Positions 1 to 8,597 of a stretch of DNA of 32,000 nt are shown one piece after another. The stretch spans positions 1,440,001-1,472,000 of the forward strand of contig NC_014972.1 of the NCBI RefSeq assembly GCF_000186885.1, in the 5' to 3' direction. The position numbers and the translations under genes were made by a program. Origin of the DNA: Desulfobulbus propionicus DSM 2032. GTDB taxonomy: Bacteria > Desulfobacterota > Desulfobulbia > Desulfobulbales > Desulfobulbaceae. Within the stretch, counting starts at the first letter, position 1; the number at the start of each line of letters is the position of its first letter. The notes below the pieces were generated by a model. It saw only the letters and a list, made by a program, of their open reading frames with translations, was not told the origin of the DNA and did not search any database.

Positions 1-161
1 CCAATTTCGTCCATGACCTCAATCACCAGCGGATTGAGGGTACCAGCTTCCAGCCCGCAGCTTTCGACAAAAAAGTCGTCGCGGCCGAGATGCTTGAGAA
101 AAGCCTCGGCCATCTGGCTGCGGGCTGAGTTGTGTTCACAGACGAAAAGGACTTGGAGCAT
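1..161 (-). CDS. arsC: arsenate reductase, LMW-PTP / thioredoxin-coupled type (N-terminal part only; continues past left window edge)
   Basis: Reverse translation from ATG at 161 gives MLQVLFVCEHNSARSQMAEAFLKHLGRDDFFVESCGLEAGTLNPLVIEVMDEIG. It has the CX5R(S) P-loop (CEHNSARS) typical of LMW-PTP-fold ArsC. It starts 3 nt after the acr3 stop, and the ORF is open to the window edge. Confidence 0.75.
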   Translation of the reverse strand, partial: MLQVLFVCEHNSARSQMAEAFLKHLGRDDFFVESCGLEAGTLNPLVIEVMDEI

Positions 162-164
162 GGT

Positions 165-1259
165 TTACCTCTCGGGTTTGACTCGCACATGGCAGACCCC
201 GGTCAGGGTCCGCTGTTCATAGGGAAAATATTTATTCTTCAGTCGCAGGGCCACATTAACCAAAGCGATTAACACCGGCACCTCGACCAGAGGACCGATG
301 ACCGCAGCAAAGGCTTCGCCGGAGTTGATACCGAAAACGGCGATGGCCACGGCTATCGCCAGCTCAAAATTGTTGGACGCGGCAGTGAAGCTCAAGGTGA
401 CGGTCTGCTCGTAGGTCGCCCCTGCTTTCAACGACAGGAAGAACGAGACCCCGAACATTATCAAAAAATAGATGGTTAAGGGCAGGGCAATACGCAACAC
501 ATCGAGTGGCAGCTGAACTATGTATTCACCCTTGAGCGAGAACATCACTAGAATGGTGAAGAGTAGGAAAATCAGGGTCAACGGGCTAATTTTTGGAATG
601 AACACCGTTTCATACCAGTCTCTGCCTTTCAACTTGATGCCAATCAGGCGACTGAGCATGCCGGCGATAAAGGGGATCCCCAGGTAAATGAACACCGATT
701 GGGCGATTTCGCCGATGGAGACATCGACCACTGCTCCGGACAGGCCGAACCAGCCGGGAATGACAGTGATGAAGATCCAGGCGTAGAGGGAGAAAAACAA
801 CACCTGGAAGATCGAGTTGAATGCCACCAATCCAGCGCAGTATTCGGTGTCGCCGTCTGCCAGATCGTTCCAGACAATGACCATGGCGATACAGCGGGCC
901 AAGCCGATGAGGATCAGGCCGACCATGTAGTGCTGCTGGCCGGAAAGCAGGGCGATGGCCAAGAGGAACATCAGCACTGGCCCGATCACCCAATTCTGTA
1001 CCAGGGAGAGCAGCAGCACCCGGCCATTGCGGAAGACCTGGCCCAGTTGCTCGTATTTCACTTTGGCCAAGGGCGGATACATCATCATGATCAGACCGAT
1101 GGCAATGGGAATGTTGGTAGTGCCCACTTGAAAGGCGTTGATCACATGCTGGACGCCGGGAACGGCATAACCGAGCATAACCCCGGCGAACATGGCGAGA
1201 AAGATCCACAGGGTAAGATACCGATCAAGAAAACTGAGTTGTTTTTGGTGCTGAGACAT
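165..1259 (-). CDS. acr3: arsenite efflux permease, Acr3 family
   Basis: 364-aa polytopic membrane ORF. The N-terminus ([20 protein letters not shown]) and overall hydrophobic pattern match Acr3/ArsB(ACR3) proteins. It is immediately followed by arsC. Confidence 0.93.
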   Translation of the reverse strand: MSQHQKQLSFLDRYLTLWIFLAMFAGVMLGYAVPGVQHVINAFQVGTTNIPIAIGLIMMMYPPLAKVKYEQLGQVFRNGRVLLLSLVQNWVIGPVLMFLLAIALLSGQQHYMVGLILIGLARCIAMVIVWNDLADGDTEYCAGLVAFNSIFQVLFFSLYAWIFITVIPGWFGLSGAVVDVSIGEIAQSVFIYLGIPFIAGMLSRLIGIKLKGRDWYETVFIPKISPLTLIFLLFTILVMFSLKGEYIVQLPLDVLRIALPLTIYFLIMFGVSFFLSLKAGATYEQTVTLSFTAASNNFELAIAVAIAVFGINSGEAFAAVIGPLVEVPVLIALVNVALRLKNKYFPYEQRTLTGVCHVRVKPER

Positions 1260-1300
1260 GGCACATCCTTTGAGAAATAATGTTCAGGAATACATCCAGG

Positions 1301-1314
1301 TGCAATGCATTGCA
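1301..1314. promoter_or_regulatory. perfect 14-bp palindrome TGCAATGCATTGCA upstream of acr3 (candidate operator)
   Basis: Self-complementary 14-mer read directly from the sequence, 42-55 nt upstream of the acr3 ATG (1259). It lies in the 200-bp promoter region between the upstream operon terminator and acr3. Confidence 0.35.
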
Positions 1315-1464
1315 TTGACGATACGATCATTTTTTAATCCGCCTGGGCGGATGCGTCAATCCCAAACAAGAATAGACTAGATGGAGGTTAGAGGAAGATG
1401 GGGATTTGATCAGAAAAGCGTTTGCCGGTTGTATTTTGAGGTTCGAGGAACGCCTCGCGCAGTC

Positions 1465-1506
1465 TAAATAAAAAGCAAACGGGCTACCAGATGGGCAGCC
1501 CGTTTG
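1465..1506 (-). terminator. rho-independent terminator of the molybdoenzyme operon
   Basis: On the minus strand: CAAACGGGCT (11-nt loop) AGCCCGTTTG, followed by CTTTTTATTTA. The stem is a perfect 10 bp (1476-1485 / 1497-1506), 22 nt downstream of the stop at 1528. Confidence 0.7.
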
Positions 1507-1527
1507 TACAGTGATTGATGAAAGAGA

Positions 1528-4500
1528 TTACACTTTGATCAGTTTCACCCTGGTGTCATAAAAAGACACGCTGCCGCCAACTTTGTCGATCATGCAGGTG
1601 TTCTTCAGATGAGGATCGACCCACATGGCGGCATTGGCATGGACGCCGCCGGCCCGCTTTTTGTCGCCCTTGACAAGTTTGCCGTCAATGGTCACATCCA
1701 CAGCCCCCGAATCCCAATGACCATGGCCCAGAGTAAAGGTAACCACTCCGGGGCGGATGGTCTCAGTCACTTGGACCTTACCGATCATCGGCTTCTTGTT
1801 GCCATTGCCCAGATCCCAGACACCATCCGGATTGGTGGCCGAAACCACCTTGACCTGGTCGCCGGTCTTCACCCCCAGCTTCTTGGCGTCGCCAGTGTGG
1901 AGGATAATCGCGTTCTCCGGCATGAGGTCGGTGAGATAGGGCATGGTGATGGTCCGCGCCTTGGTGTGGCGGATATCGCGCTGGGTGATCAGATGGAGCG
2001 GATAGCCCTCGGCGAGTTTGGCTGGCTCGTTGCCCAGGGTGTCGGCTACCGGCACATAGCGGGCAATGCCGTAGTAGGACTTGCCGGTGAAGGCATCCTT
2101 GCAGCCGGCGGTTTTCTCCTGGTAGAGATTGATCTGCTTGCCGCACTTGTTGGCCACCTGCTCGCCCTTGTAGGTGGCCGCCTGGGCGTCGAAGCGGCCG
2201 CCGCGATTCAGCACAGTCACCACCTTGGGCCAGGCAGCACCGGCGATCTTCTGCCAGCGTTCGGCATCAAAGACGTTTTTGGGTAGGTGCCGGCGTGATT
2301 TCAAGAACAGATCGATCTCCTCCTGAGAGGCGTCGGCCACCGGTTCCTTGCGGTCCAGGGCGATGTTGGCCACCATGCGGATGTAGAAGTCGTCCGGACG
2401 GCTGAAATCCTGGCCCTCGCCGAACCCGTCTTTACCAAATCCCTTGAAGCCTAGCTTTTCTGCAAGGGCGAGCCAGAAGGTCTCGTAGGAGATCGGCTGC
2501 TCCTCGCCAAAGACCTTGACCACCTCGTTGGGCGAGGCAATCACTGGCTGTCGGACCGGCTGGATGCGGACTGGCATGTTGGGATGCGAGCCCTGGAACT
2601 CCCAGCGCTCCAAGAAGTGGAGATCCGGGATGATGTAGTCGGCATACATCGAGGTCGGCCCGATAAGGATATCGCTGGCGATGTAGAGCGGCAGTTTGTC
2701 GAGATCGAGGAGGGCTTGAATCTGGGTATGCCCTGCCGGCAGAGAATAGGTCGGAGCCCCCATGTAGGAGAAGACCACCTTCGCCTGGTACGGATAGCCG
2801 TCGGCAATCGATGGCAGGATCTCTTCATAAACATCCGAGGAGATCGGCCACCAATTACGCTTGGCCGGATAGGACTCCTTGCCCTTGAACAGAGTGGATT
2901 CCTCGTATTTGATGTCGTGACGGATGATCGAGGTGCCGAAGGTCTTCAACCCCTTTGGTCCCATCTTCTTGAAGTTGAATGGCTGTTTGTCAGTGCTGCT
3001 GCTGGTACCGTCAACGTTGAAGGTCGAGGCGGCAATCATCCCGCCCTTCCAGTCGAAGTTGCCGATCAGCAGGTTGAGGTTCATGAAACTGGCGATATTG
3101 TAGAAGCCGTTGGTGTGCTGGGCCGGTCCTCGGTGCACATCGACACAGGCTTTCTTGCCGTAGCTGGTGAATTCCTTGGCCACGGCCTCGATGGTAGCCG
3201 CATCGGTGCCGCAGAGAGCCGCGTATTCGGAGAGTGTCTTCTCTTTGGCCGTCTCCAGCATCAGTTGCAGGCTACTCTTGACCTTGATTTCCTTGCCCTC
3301 GGCATCCTTGAGCAGGGTGTCGACGAATAGATCGCCGCTTACTGCTTGCTTGTCGTCGTTGGGGTCGAAGGCCACCGGTTGACCGTCCTTGATGGTCACC
3401 AGATATTCGAAGTCAAACTCCTTGCCGTCCTTGTCGGTGCGTTTCTCGGCTGCCTTCAAACCGATCTCCTGGGCGCGGAGGAACTTGCCGGGCTTGCCCT
3501 CTTTATCGAGCTTCACCAGCCAGGCACCGTTGCTCCAGGTCTGTTCCTTGATCACCGTGGCTGCCGCCTTGTTGCAGCAGGCGAGGAACTGGGCGTCATA
3601 CTTCTTGTTCTCCAATATCCAGCGGGTCATGCCCATAGCGAAGGCGGCATCGGTGCCGGGTAGCACCGGCACCCAACGCTGGGCTTTGGCTGCCAGCTTG
3701 GTGCAGCGCGGATCGAGCACGGTTATCTTCAGCTTGCCGTCGGCCATCCGCTGGGTCATGCGCATGGCGCGGTTGGTGGGGCCGTAGTTGCCGTCGAACA
3801 GGTTGGCGCCGACAAAGAGGATGTAGTCGCTGTTCTCCTGGTCCGCCTGCCAGTAGAATTTCTGGCCGTCCTTGAAGCTGTTGCCGACATACTGCTCACT
3901 CATTGCCTTGCAGGCGAAGTAGAGCGAACCCTGACAGACCGTAGTATGGCCGTGGGTGTTGTTGGTGCCGAAAGCACCGGTGAAGGCGGCGGCGAAATTT
4001 GAGCGACCGGCTTTCTTGCGACCCCAGAAGTAGACGAATTGATTGTTCTTGGGTCCGAAGTCGGGATGCTCCGGGTCGATCAGGGCAGCCAAGTTGGCGG
4101 CATGTTTGGCCTTGAACTCCTCGATAGCCGCCTGCCGCTCCTCGGGTTTTTTCTTGCGCAGCGCTACGGCATCCTTGCCCATATCCTCGAAGGCCTTGCT
4201 GTCGGTCAGGGCATACAACTCTTTCAAGCCGGAAATCTGACGATTCTCCTCGCCGGTTACATGGGCAAACAGTTTGCCGCCACTGACAATCTCCTCAATG
4301 GCCTGGTTGAAAGGGATTGTGGTCCACTTGTTTTCCCCACGCTTGCCAGCCCGTTTCAACACCCTGGTCACTCGGTAGGGATCGTAGGCCCCCTGGTGGC
4401 CTGCCTGCCCCTTGGGACAGAGACCGGCGTCGACCATGACTGCCGTGGCTGGCGCATCCTTCATCTCCAGATGCGGATGGAGGTTGAAGGGATTGTAGGG

Positions 4501-4767
4501 ATTGCCGTCGATCTTGACCGCAACGCCATCGAGAATCTTGACCTTGATGCCGCAGCCGGTATTGCAGTTGAGGCAGACGGAATAAAGAGTGTTCTCCGCC
4601 TTGAGCAGTTCGTAGGCCTCGGCCTGGGTCAGTTCACCGGCCTCGACCCGGGCGATCAGGTCGCGGGCGAAATCGAAATGGGTGGCCACGATGGCGCCGC
4701 AACCGGCCAGGGCCGAAGTTTTGAGGAAATCGCGGCGGGAGACGGTTTTTGCATTCTTATTTGCCAT
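1528..4767 (-). CDS. TAT-exported molybdopterin (bis-MGD) oxidoreductase catalytic subunit, tetrathionate-reductase (TtrA)-like; substrate unknown
   Basis: The ORF spans 1528..4797. The preferred start is ATG 4767, giving MANKNAKTVSRRDFLK (twin-arginine signal). It has an N-terminal CLNCNTGCG...C 4Fe-4S motif and is about 1079 aa. Blocks such as WTTIPFNQAIEEIVSGG, HPDFGPKNNQ and VPVLPGTDAAFAMGMTRWILENKKYDAQFL resemble Salmonella TtrA as I remember it. Confidence 0.85.
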   Translation of the reverse strand: MANKNAKTVSRRDFLKTSALAGCGAIVATHFDFARDLIARVEAGELTQAEAYELLKAENTLYSVCLNCNTGCGIKVKILDGVAVKIDGNPYNPFNLHPHLEMKDAPATAVMVDAGLCPKGQAGHQGAYDPYRVTRVLKRAGKRGENKWTTIPFNQAIEEIVSGGKLFAHVTGEENRQISGLKELYALTDSKAFEDMGKDAVALRKKKPEERQAAIEEFKAKHAANLAALIDPEHPDFGPKNNQFVYFWGRKKAGRSNFAAAFTGAFGTNNTHGHTTVCQGSLYFACKAMSEQYVGNSFKDGQKFYWQADQENSDYILFVGANLFDGNYGPTNRAMRMTQRMADGKLKITVLDPRCTKLAAKAQRWVPVLPGTDAAFAMGMTRWILENKKYDAQFLACCNKAAATVIKEQTWSNGAWLVKLDKEGKPGKFLRAQEIGLKAAEKRTDKDGKEFDFEYLVTIKDGQPVAFDPNDDKQAVSGDLFVDTLLKDAEGKEIKVKSSLQLMLETAKEKTLSEYAALCGTDAATIEAVAKEFTSYGKKACVDVHRGPAQHTNGFYNIASFMNLNLLIGNFDWKGGMIAASTFNVDGTSSSTDKQPFNFKKMGPKGLKTFGTSIIRHDIKYEESTLFKGKESYPAKRNWWPISSDVYEEILPSIADGYPYQAKVVFSYMGAPTYSLPAGHTQIQALLDLDKLPLYIASDILIGPTSMYADYIIPDLHFLERWEFQGSHPNMPVRIQPVRQPVIASPNEVVKVFGEEQPISYETFWLALAEKLGFKGFGKDGFGEGQDFSRPDDFYIRMVANIALDRKEPVADASQEEIDLFLKSRRHLPKNVFDAERWQKIAGAAWPKVVTVLNRGGRFDAQAATYKGEQVANKCGKQINLYQEKTAGCKDAFTGKSYYGIARYVPVADTLGNEPAKLAEGYPLHLITQRDIRHTKARTITMPYLTDLMPENAIILHTGDAKKLGVKTGDQVKVVSATNPDGVWDLGNGNKKPMIGKVQVTETIRPGVVTFTLGHGHWDSGAVDVTIDGKLVKGDKKRAGGVHANAAMWVDPHLKNTCMIDKVGGSVSFYDTRVKLIKV

Positions 4768-5518
4768 AGAGCACCTCCAGCTTTTCGGTGGCGACATAGT
4801 AGACCCGTGGCGCGGTTTTCTTGGCCGGCTTGAGCACTTGGACCTTGTTCGCCTTTTTGACCTGGGCGATCAGGCTCTGGGGATCGTTCTCATCGCCAAA
4901 ATATCCGGACCGGCCGATGCAGGTAGTGATGCACATTGGTAACTGTCCTACAGCAAGGCGGTGGAGACAGAAATGGCATTTGCGGGCATTGCCCACCGGA
5001 GTGTTCTTGCCGGAGCGGGGCCATTTCTTGCCATATTCATAGCTGGCCATGGTCTCGTACTTTTGGATTGCCGGCGTACCGTCGCCGTGCATGCCGCCCT
5101 GATCCATGGTGCGGGCGTCGTAAGGGCAAGCAGGTACGCAGGCACCGCAACCGATGCACTGTTCGTAATTGATCATGACCAAGCCGGCGCTGAGACCCTC
5201 TGTTGACTTCCAGGTGGCTCCGTCCTTGCCCTTAACCGGACAGGCGGCGACACAGGGTGGATTGTCGCACTGCATGCAGGGCCGGGGGAGAAAGGTTCGG
5301 CTCACCTTGGGGTATTTGCCCTGCTCGTATTCATGCACCGGACGATAGTACATGCCGGGCGGCAGTTTATTTTCCGAAACACAGCCAACGGTGCAAGCAT
5401 GACAACCGACGCACTTGCGCAGGTCAATCAGCATGGCCCATCGGCGGCTCTTCTCGGGTGCCTTGAGGGCTCGCTCGAGATCTTTCTGCATCACTACCAG
5501 AATATCTTCGTTCTGCAT
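4757..5518 (-). CDS. 4Fe-4S ferredoxin-type electron-transfer subunit (TtrB/PsrB/DmsB-like)
   Basis: 253 aa with several CxxCxxCxxxCP cluster motifs (CVGCHACTVGC, CMQCDNPPCVAACP, CIGCGACVPACP, CHFCLHR...C). A strong SD (AAAGGAGGAAAGGA) precedes the ATG at 5518. It overlaps the downstream catalytic-subunit start by 11 nt. Confidence 0.9.
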   Translation of the reverse strand: MQNEDILVVMQKDLERALKAPEKSRRWAMLIDLRKCVGCHACTVGCVSENKLPPGMYYRPVHEYEQGKYPKVSRTFLPRPCMQCDNPPCVAACPVKGKDGATWKSTEGLSAGLVMINYEQCIGCGACVPACPYDARTMDQGGMHGDGTPAIQKYETMASYEYGKKWPRSGKNTPVGNARKCHFCLHRLAVGQLPMCITTCIGRSGYFGDENDPQSLIAQVKKANKVQVLKPAKKTAPRVYYVATEKLEVLYGK

Positions 5519-5539
5519 TCCTTTCCTCCTTTGATGGGC

Positions 5540-5842
5540 TTATTTCTTGTGGCAGCTTTCGCAATTTTCCTTAACGCTGAAGGCCTTTTTGCCGTTATGA
5601 CAGGCGCCACAGGATTTACCCTGCTCCATGGCCTTCATGGTCACCGCCTTATGCTGCTTGGTGTTGGTATAGAGCTTGGCATGGCAGTCCTGACACTTCA
5701 ATTCTGCCCCTGTCACATGATTTTCGTGGCTGAAAACCGTGTCTCCTCCCTTGTTTTTCATGGTGACATCGCCGCCGCCGATGCCGGCAAAGGCAACGCT
5801 TCCGGATAACATGACAAGTACCGCAGCTCGAGCCCACTTCAT
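5540..5842 (-). CDS. periplasmic triheme cytochrome c, c7/c3 (PpcA-like) family
   Basis: Three CXXCH motifs (CQDCH, CGACH, CESCH) with a C-terminal CHKK as in Geobacter PpcA-type c7 cytochromes. Signal peptide MKWARAAVLVMLSGSVAFA. ATG 5842 is preferred over the GTG at 5848 because GGGAGGTG sits 4-5 nt upstream. Confidence 0.88.
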   Translation of the reverse strand: MKWARAAVLVMLSGSVAFAGIGGGDVTMKNKGGDTVFSHENHVTGAELKCQDCHAKLYTNTKQHKAVTMKAMEQGKSCGACHNGKKAFSVKENCESCHKK

Positions 5843-5870
5843 GGTCACCTCCCTGGCTAAGGTTTATTGA

Positions 5871-5888
5871 CCGTATAAATATATCCGG
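5871..5888. promoter_or_regulatory. imperfect 18-bp palindrome CCGTATAAATATATCCGG in the divergent arsR / cytochrome promoter region
   Basis: 7 of 9 positions pair across the centre. It lies in the 116-bp gap between the divergent starts at 5842 (-) and 5959 (+). The AT-rich core is compatible with an ArsR/SmtB-type operator, but this is unverified. Confidence 0.25.
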
Positions 5889-5958
5889 CTAGACAGATGT
5901 TTACAAGGCGGGAGTGGGAACCGTTGACGTTAATTTTTCGCTGCGGTATTTTGGTGCG

Positions 5959-6309
5959 ATGCAAACAATTACTGAACTGTTCAAATCACTGTCCGATGAA
6001 ACCAGGCTGCGTCTGCTCATTCTCCTGCAAGGGGGAAGCGAGTATTGCGTCTGCGACTTAATGAACGCGCTTGATATGCCGCAATCGACGGTCTCCCGCC
6101 ATTTGGCCTATCTGAAACGAAACGGATGGCTACAGGATCGGCGAGGTGGGGTATGGATGTATTATTCCTTGAAGAAAGACATGGATGCCTTTCTCCAGGC
6201 CCAACTGGTTCTCCTCATCAATCAGTTGGCGAACAATCCTGTCTACAGGGCTGATAAGCGGCGCCTTGAAGCGTACCTGCAGGCCAAGAACCCCAATTCC
6301 TGCAAATAA
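5959..6309 (+). CDS. arsR: ArsR/SmtB family metalloregulator with CVC As(III)-binding motif
   Basis: MQTITELFKSLSDETRLRLLILLQGGSEYCVCDLMNALDMPQSTVSRHLAYLKRNGWL contains a winged-HTH and an EYCVCDL motif (compare ELCVCDL of R773 ArsR). The ATG at 5959 is preferred over the upstream GTG at 5914. Confidence 0.9.
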   Translation: MQTITELFKSLSDETRLRLLILLQGGSEYCVCDLMNALDMPQSTVSRHLAYLKRNGWLQDRRGGVWMYYSLKKDMDAFLQAQLVLLINQLANNPVYRADKRRLEAYLQAKNPNSCK

Positions 6310-6324
6310 CTGGGAGGAGCCATC

Positions 6325-7392
6325 ATGTATCGGGGGTGGCCGTTCTCTTGTCTTCCCCGGCTTGAATGGCTCCAGATAGAGATTAGTTCCGACTGCACGG
6401 CCAACTGTTTTTATTGCCCCCGAACCGTGTACAAAGACCGATGGCTCACTCAGCATATGGAGGAGAGCCTTTTCCGCCGCTTGCTGCCAGCTTTCAAGAA
6501 AATTCGCTTCGTCCACCTGCAGGGCTGGGGCGATCCTTTCACTCACCCTCAATTCTTTGACTTTGCCCGCCTTGCCAAACATGCCGGCTGCCAGGTGGGA
6601 ACCACCACCAACGGTATGCTGCTCAACGAGCGGATATGCGAACAGTTAGTCGAAGAACGCATTGACACAGTCGGGTTTTCCCTTGCCGGAACCGGCGCGG
6701 AGAACGATCACTATCGCCAAGGCACACGCCTTGAGAAAGTGTTGTCAGTCATTGAGGACATCCACCGGGCAAAGCAGCGAACTGGTGCCGACCGGCCACA
6801 CCTGCACATTGCCTATCTTTTACTCAAGTCCGGGATAGCATACCTTGACCGTCTACCTGATCTGTTGCGCAACAGAGGTATTGCACAGGTGGTTATCAGT
6901 ACCTTGGATGCGGTCGGCAGCCCTTTGTTGGCGAATGAAACGTTCTCGCCCGAGGATCGACTTGAAATGGACGAGGTGCGGCAGCATCTGGAAGAGGTTG
7001 TCGACGCCGGGCGCAAGGTGGGCCTGACCATCTACTACCGGCTCCCGGCAAATCCGAAAAAACAGGAGGGAGACCGACAATACATTGAAGATGAATCGTT
7101 CATTCCAATCCCTGAGCCGCAAATGTGCAGCGAAAATGTACAGTGTGCTGCCTTTATAGGCGTGACCGGCAACGTGTCGCCTTGCGTTTTTGTCAATTTG
7201 CCCATAACCGCTCCACCACCTGATCCTGCCGATTCCATAGCTCACCCCTATCGTCCCGTCGTGTTTGGCACCATAGCGAATGCCCGTTTTGAAAAAATCT
7301 GGCATTCACAGCCGTATGCATCCTTCCGCAAGGCTCATCACTCCGGCGCCATTCCAGCTGCATGCGAGCTGTGCACAAAGTTTTCTCGATAA
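6325..7392 (+). CDS. radical SAM enzyme with C-terminal Cys-rich (SPASM/twitch-like) region
   Basis: CX3CX2C motif (SSDCTANCFYCPR) near the N-terminus. C-terminal cysteines CSENVQCAAFIGVTGNVSPC and CELC. SD GGGAGGAG lies 6 nt upstream. The start is 15 nt after the arsR stop, so the two genes are probably co-transcribed. Confidence 0.85.
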   Translation: MYRGWPFSCLPRLEWLQIEISSDCTANCFYCPRTVYKDRWLTQHMEESLFRRLLPAFKKIRFVHLQGWGDPFTHPQFFDFARLAKHAGCQVGTTTNGMLLNERICEQLVEERIDTVGFSLAGTGAENDHYRQGTRLEKVLSVIEDIHRAKQRTGADRPHLHIAYLLLKSGIAYLDRLPDLLRNRGIAQVVISTLDAVGSPLLANETFSPEDRLEMDEVRQHLEEVVDAGRKVGLTIYYRLPANPKKQEGDRQYIEDESFIPIPEPQMCSENVQCAAFIGVTGNVSPCVFVNLPITAPPPDPADSIAHPYRPVVFGTIANARFEKIWHSQPYASFRKAHHSGAIPAACELCTKFSR

Positions 7393-7856
7393 TAACCCTA
7401 CTCTTTCACTAAGTTGCAGAATCAATCACCCCAAGGTAAAAACAGGTCAACAATCCTGAAAAATAGAGAAACTGTTTAGGCCACCGTTTCCATCCAAGCC
7501 ATTGGGTCATTGCTTTTTTCCTCAGAGATATGGATGTCTGGCTAAATGCTACATCCGATGATTTTCTCTTACCAAATCGCATTGTCGGAATAAATGAAGT
7601 CCAACACAAAACGGAGACTTTCCTAGCCGTGGCCAGTTATTATATTCGATTTAAATACAATATGTTGAATGTCGCGCCACCCGTCGTTGTCAGGTGAAAA
7701 TTCTCTCAGTCTCCCCCTGAAACCCCCTCTGTTTTTCCCCTCAACTACTTCCAAAACGATGTCACGCAGCAGGTGCGATGTCATCACCCCGGAAAAAAGA
7801 AGAGAGACCGATTGGAACGGTCGCCTTTTCCATTTTCACCAGGGATATGATCATCC

Positions 7857-8597
7857 ATGCAGTCCATCATTCTGTCTTTAGCCAGCCGATACGCTCTTTC
7901 CACCGCCGAAGTCATCCAGGAAATCGAATCCGCTTTTGCTCGCCAGCTCTCCCAGTGGTACCGCCGGGAAGTCATGGTCTTTCTCCGGGAGGGTATGCAA
8001 CTGGAGGTTGTGGCCTACGGCAAAAAGAACGGCCTTCCTGTGCAACGCACTCTCGATCTTCCGACTGTTCTTTCCCGCAATCAATTCAAGACCATTCTGG
8101 AAAACCACCTGGCCACTGCCGCAGTTATCAAACAGGTCCGCCAGCTCAAAGGGTTTGAGCGGCAGCTGCTCTGGGGCGAAGTCATCCGTAATCGGGCCTG
8201 CGACCATCTCCTGGTTGAAACCGAGATCATCCCGGACGAACCGATTATCGCCATCTGTCCCGTCAACCGGATCGGCCTGCATGAACGCCATGCTGGCCGT
8301 TTTCAGCCTGGCCAACGCCGGGCCTTCCACCTGCGCCGAATCGAACCGGTGCTTGTGAACGGCACCCCTCGTACCAAAGTCATCCTGGATCGGGTCTCGA
8401 AGACTCTGACCGAAAATTTGCTCCGCCATCATCTGGGCGATGCGGCAGATCGGTTTCACTTCCGCTGCCTGAAACGCTACGTCGGCCACAAGAGCATTGT
8501 CCTGACCACAAGAAGGTTGCCGCGCGAGGTAATCATCGCGGTGGACCGGGAACTCCAGGAACGGATCGAGGTCCGGATCGTCAAGGCCTTGTCATGA
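7857..8597 (+). CDS. cassette gene 1: hypothetical protein, NusA-like (NTD / S1-like / KH-like pattern)
   Basis: 246 aa. By-eye parallels to E. coli NusA are: an N-terminal helical segment (STAEVIQEIESAFARQL); GEVI...FQPGQRRAF (compare GEII...FRPGDRVRG of the S1 domain); VILDRVSKTLTENLL (compare FVSRSKPEMLIELF); and a C-terminal ...ERIEV (compare ERIDIV). The stop overlaps the next start (ATGA at 8594-8597). Confidence 0.6.
   Translation: MQSIILSLASRYALSTAEVIQEIESAFARQLSQWYRREVMVFLREGMQLEVVAYGKKNGLPVQRTLDLPTVLSRNQFKTILENHLATAAVIKQVRQLKGFERQLLWGEVIRNRACDHLLVETEIIPDEPIIAICPVNRIGLHERHAGRFQPGQRRAFHLRRIEPVLVNGTPRTKVILDRVSKTLTENLLRHHLGDAADRFHFRCLKRYVGHKSIVLTTRRLPREVIIAVDRELQERIEVRIVKALS

Noticed and set aside
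1337-1352. Hairpin ATCCGCC-TG-GGCGGAT, preceded by a T-run, considered as a terminator.
   Set aside because: The polarity is wrong for either strand: the T-run precedes the hairpin on plus, and an A-run follows it on minus. The true operon terminator is at 1465-1506.
4768-4797. Longer start for the molybdoenzyme (MSPPKSWRCS- extension, start at 4797).
   Set aside because: It would place 10 extra residues before an already canonical TAT leader (MANKNAKTVSRRDFLK) and extend the overlap with the FeS gene to 41 nt. ATG 4767 is the more typical choice.
7409-7609. 66-aa minus-strand ORF in the AT-rich gap after the radical SAM gene.
   Set aside because: It has no SD and an odd composition (Trp/Cys/Phe/Lys-rich), and it lies in likely junction/promoter DNA. 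There is no supporting motif.
7787-7816. Candidate attR: a sequence sharing CCCGGAA with the 3' end of tRNA-Leu.
   Set aside because: Only about 7 contiguous matching bases, and the remainder diverges. That is too weak to call a direct repeat without a computed alignment.
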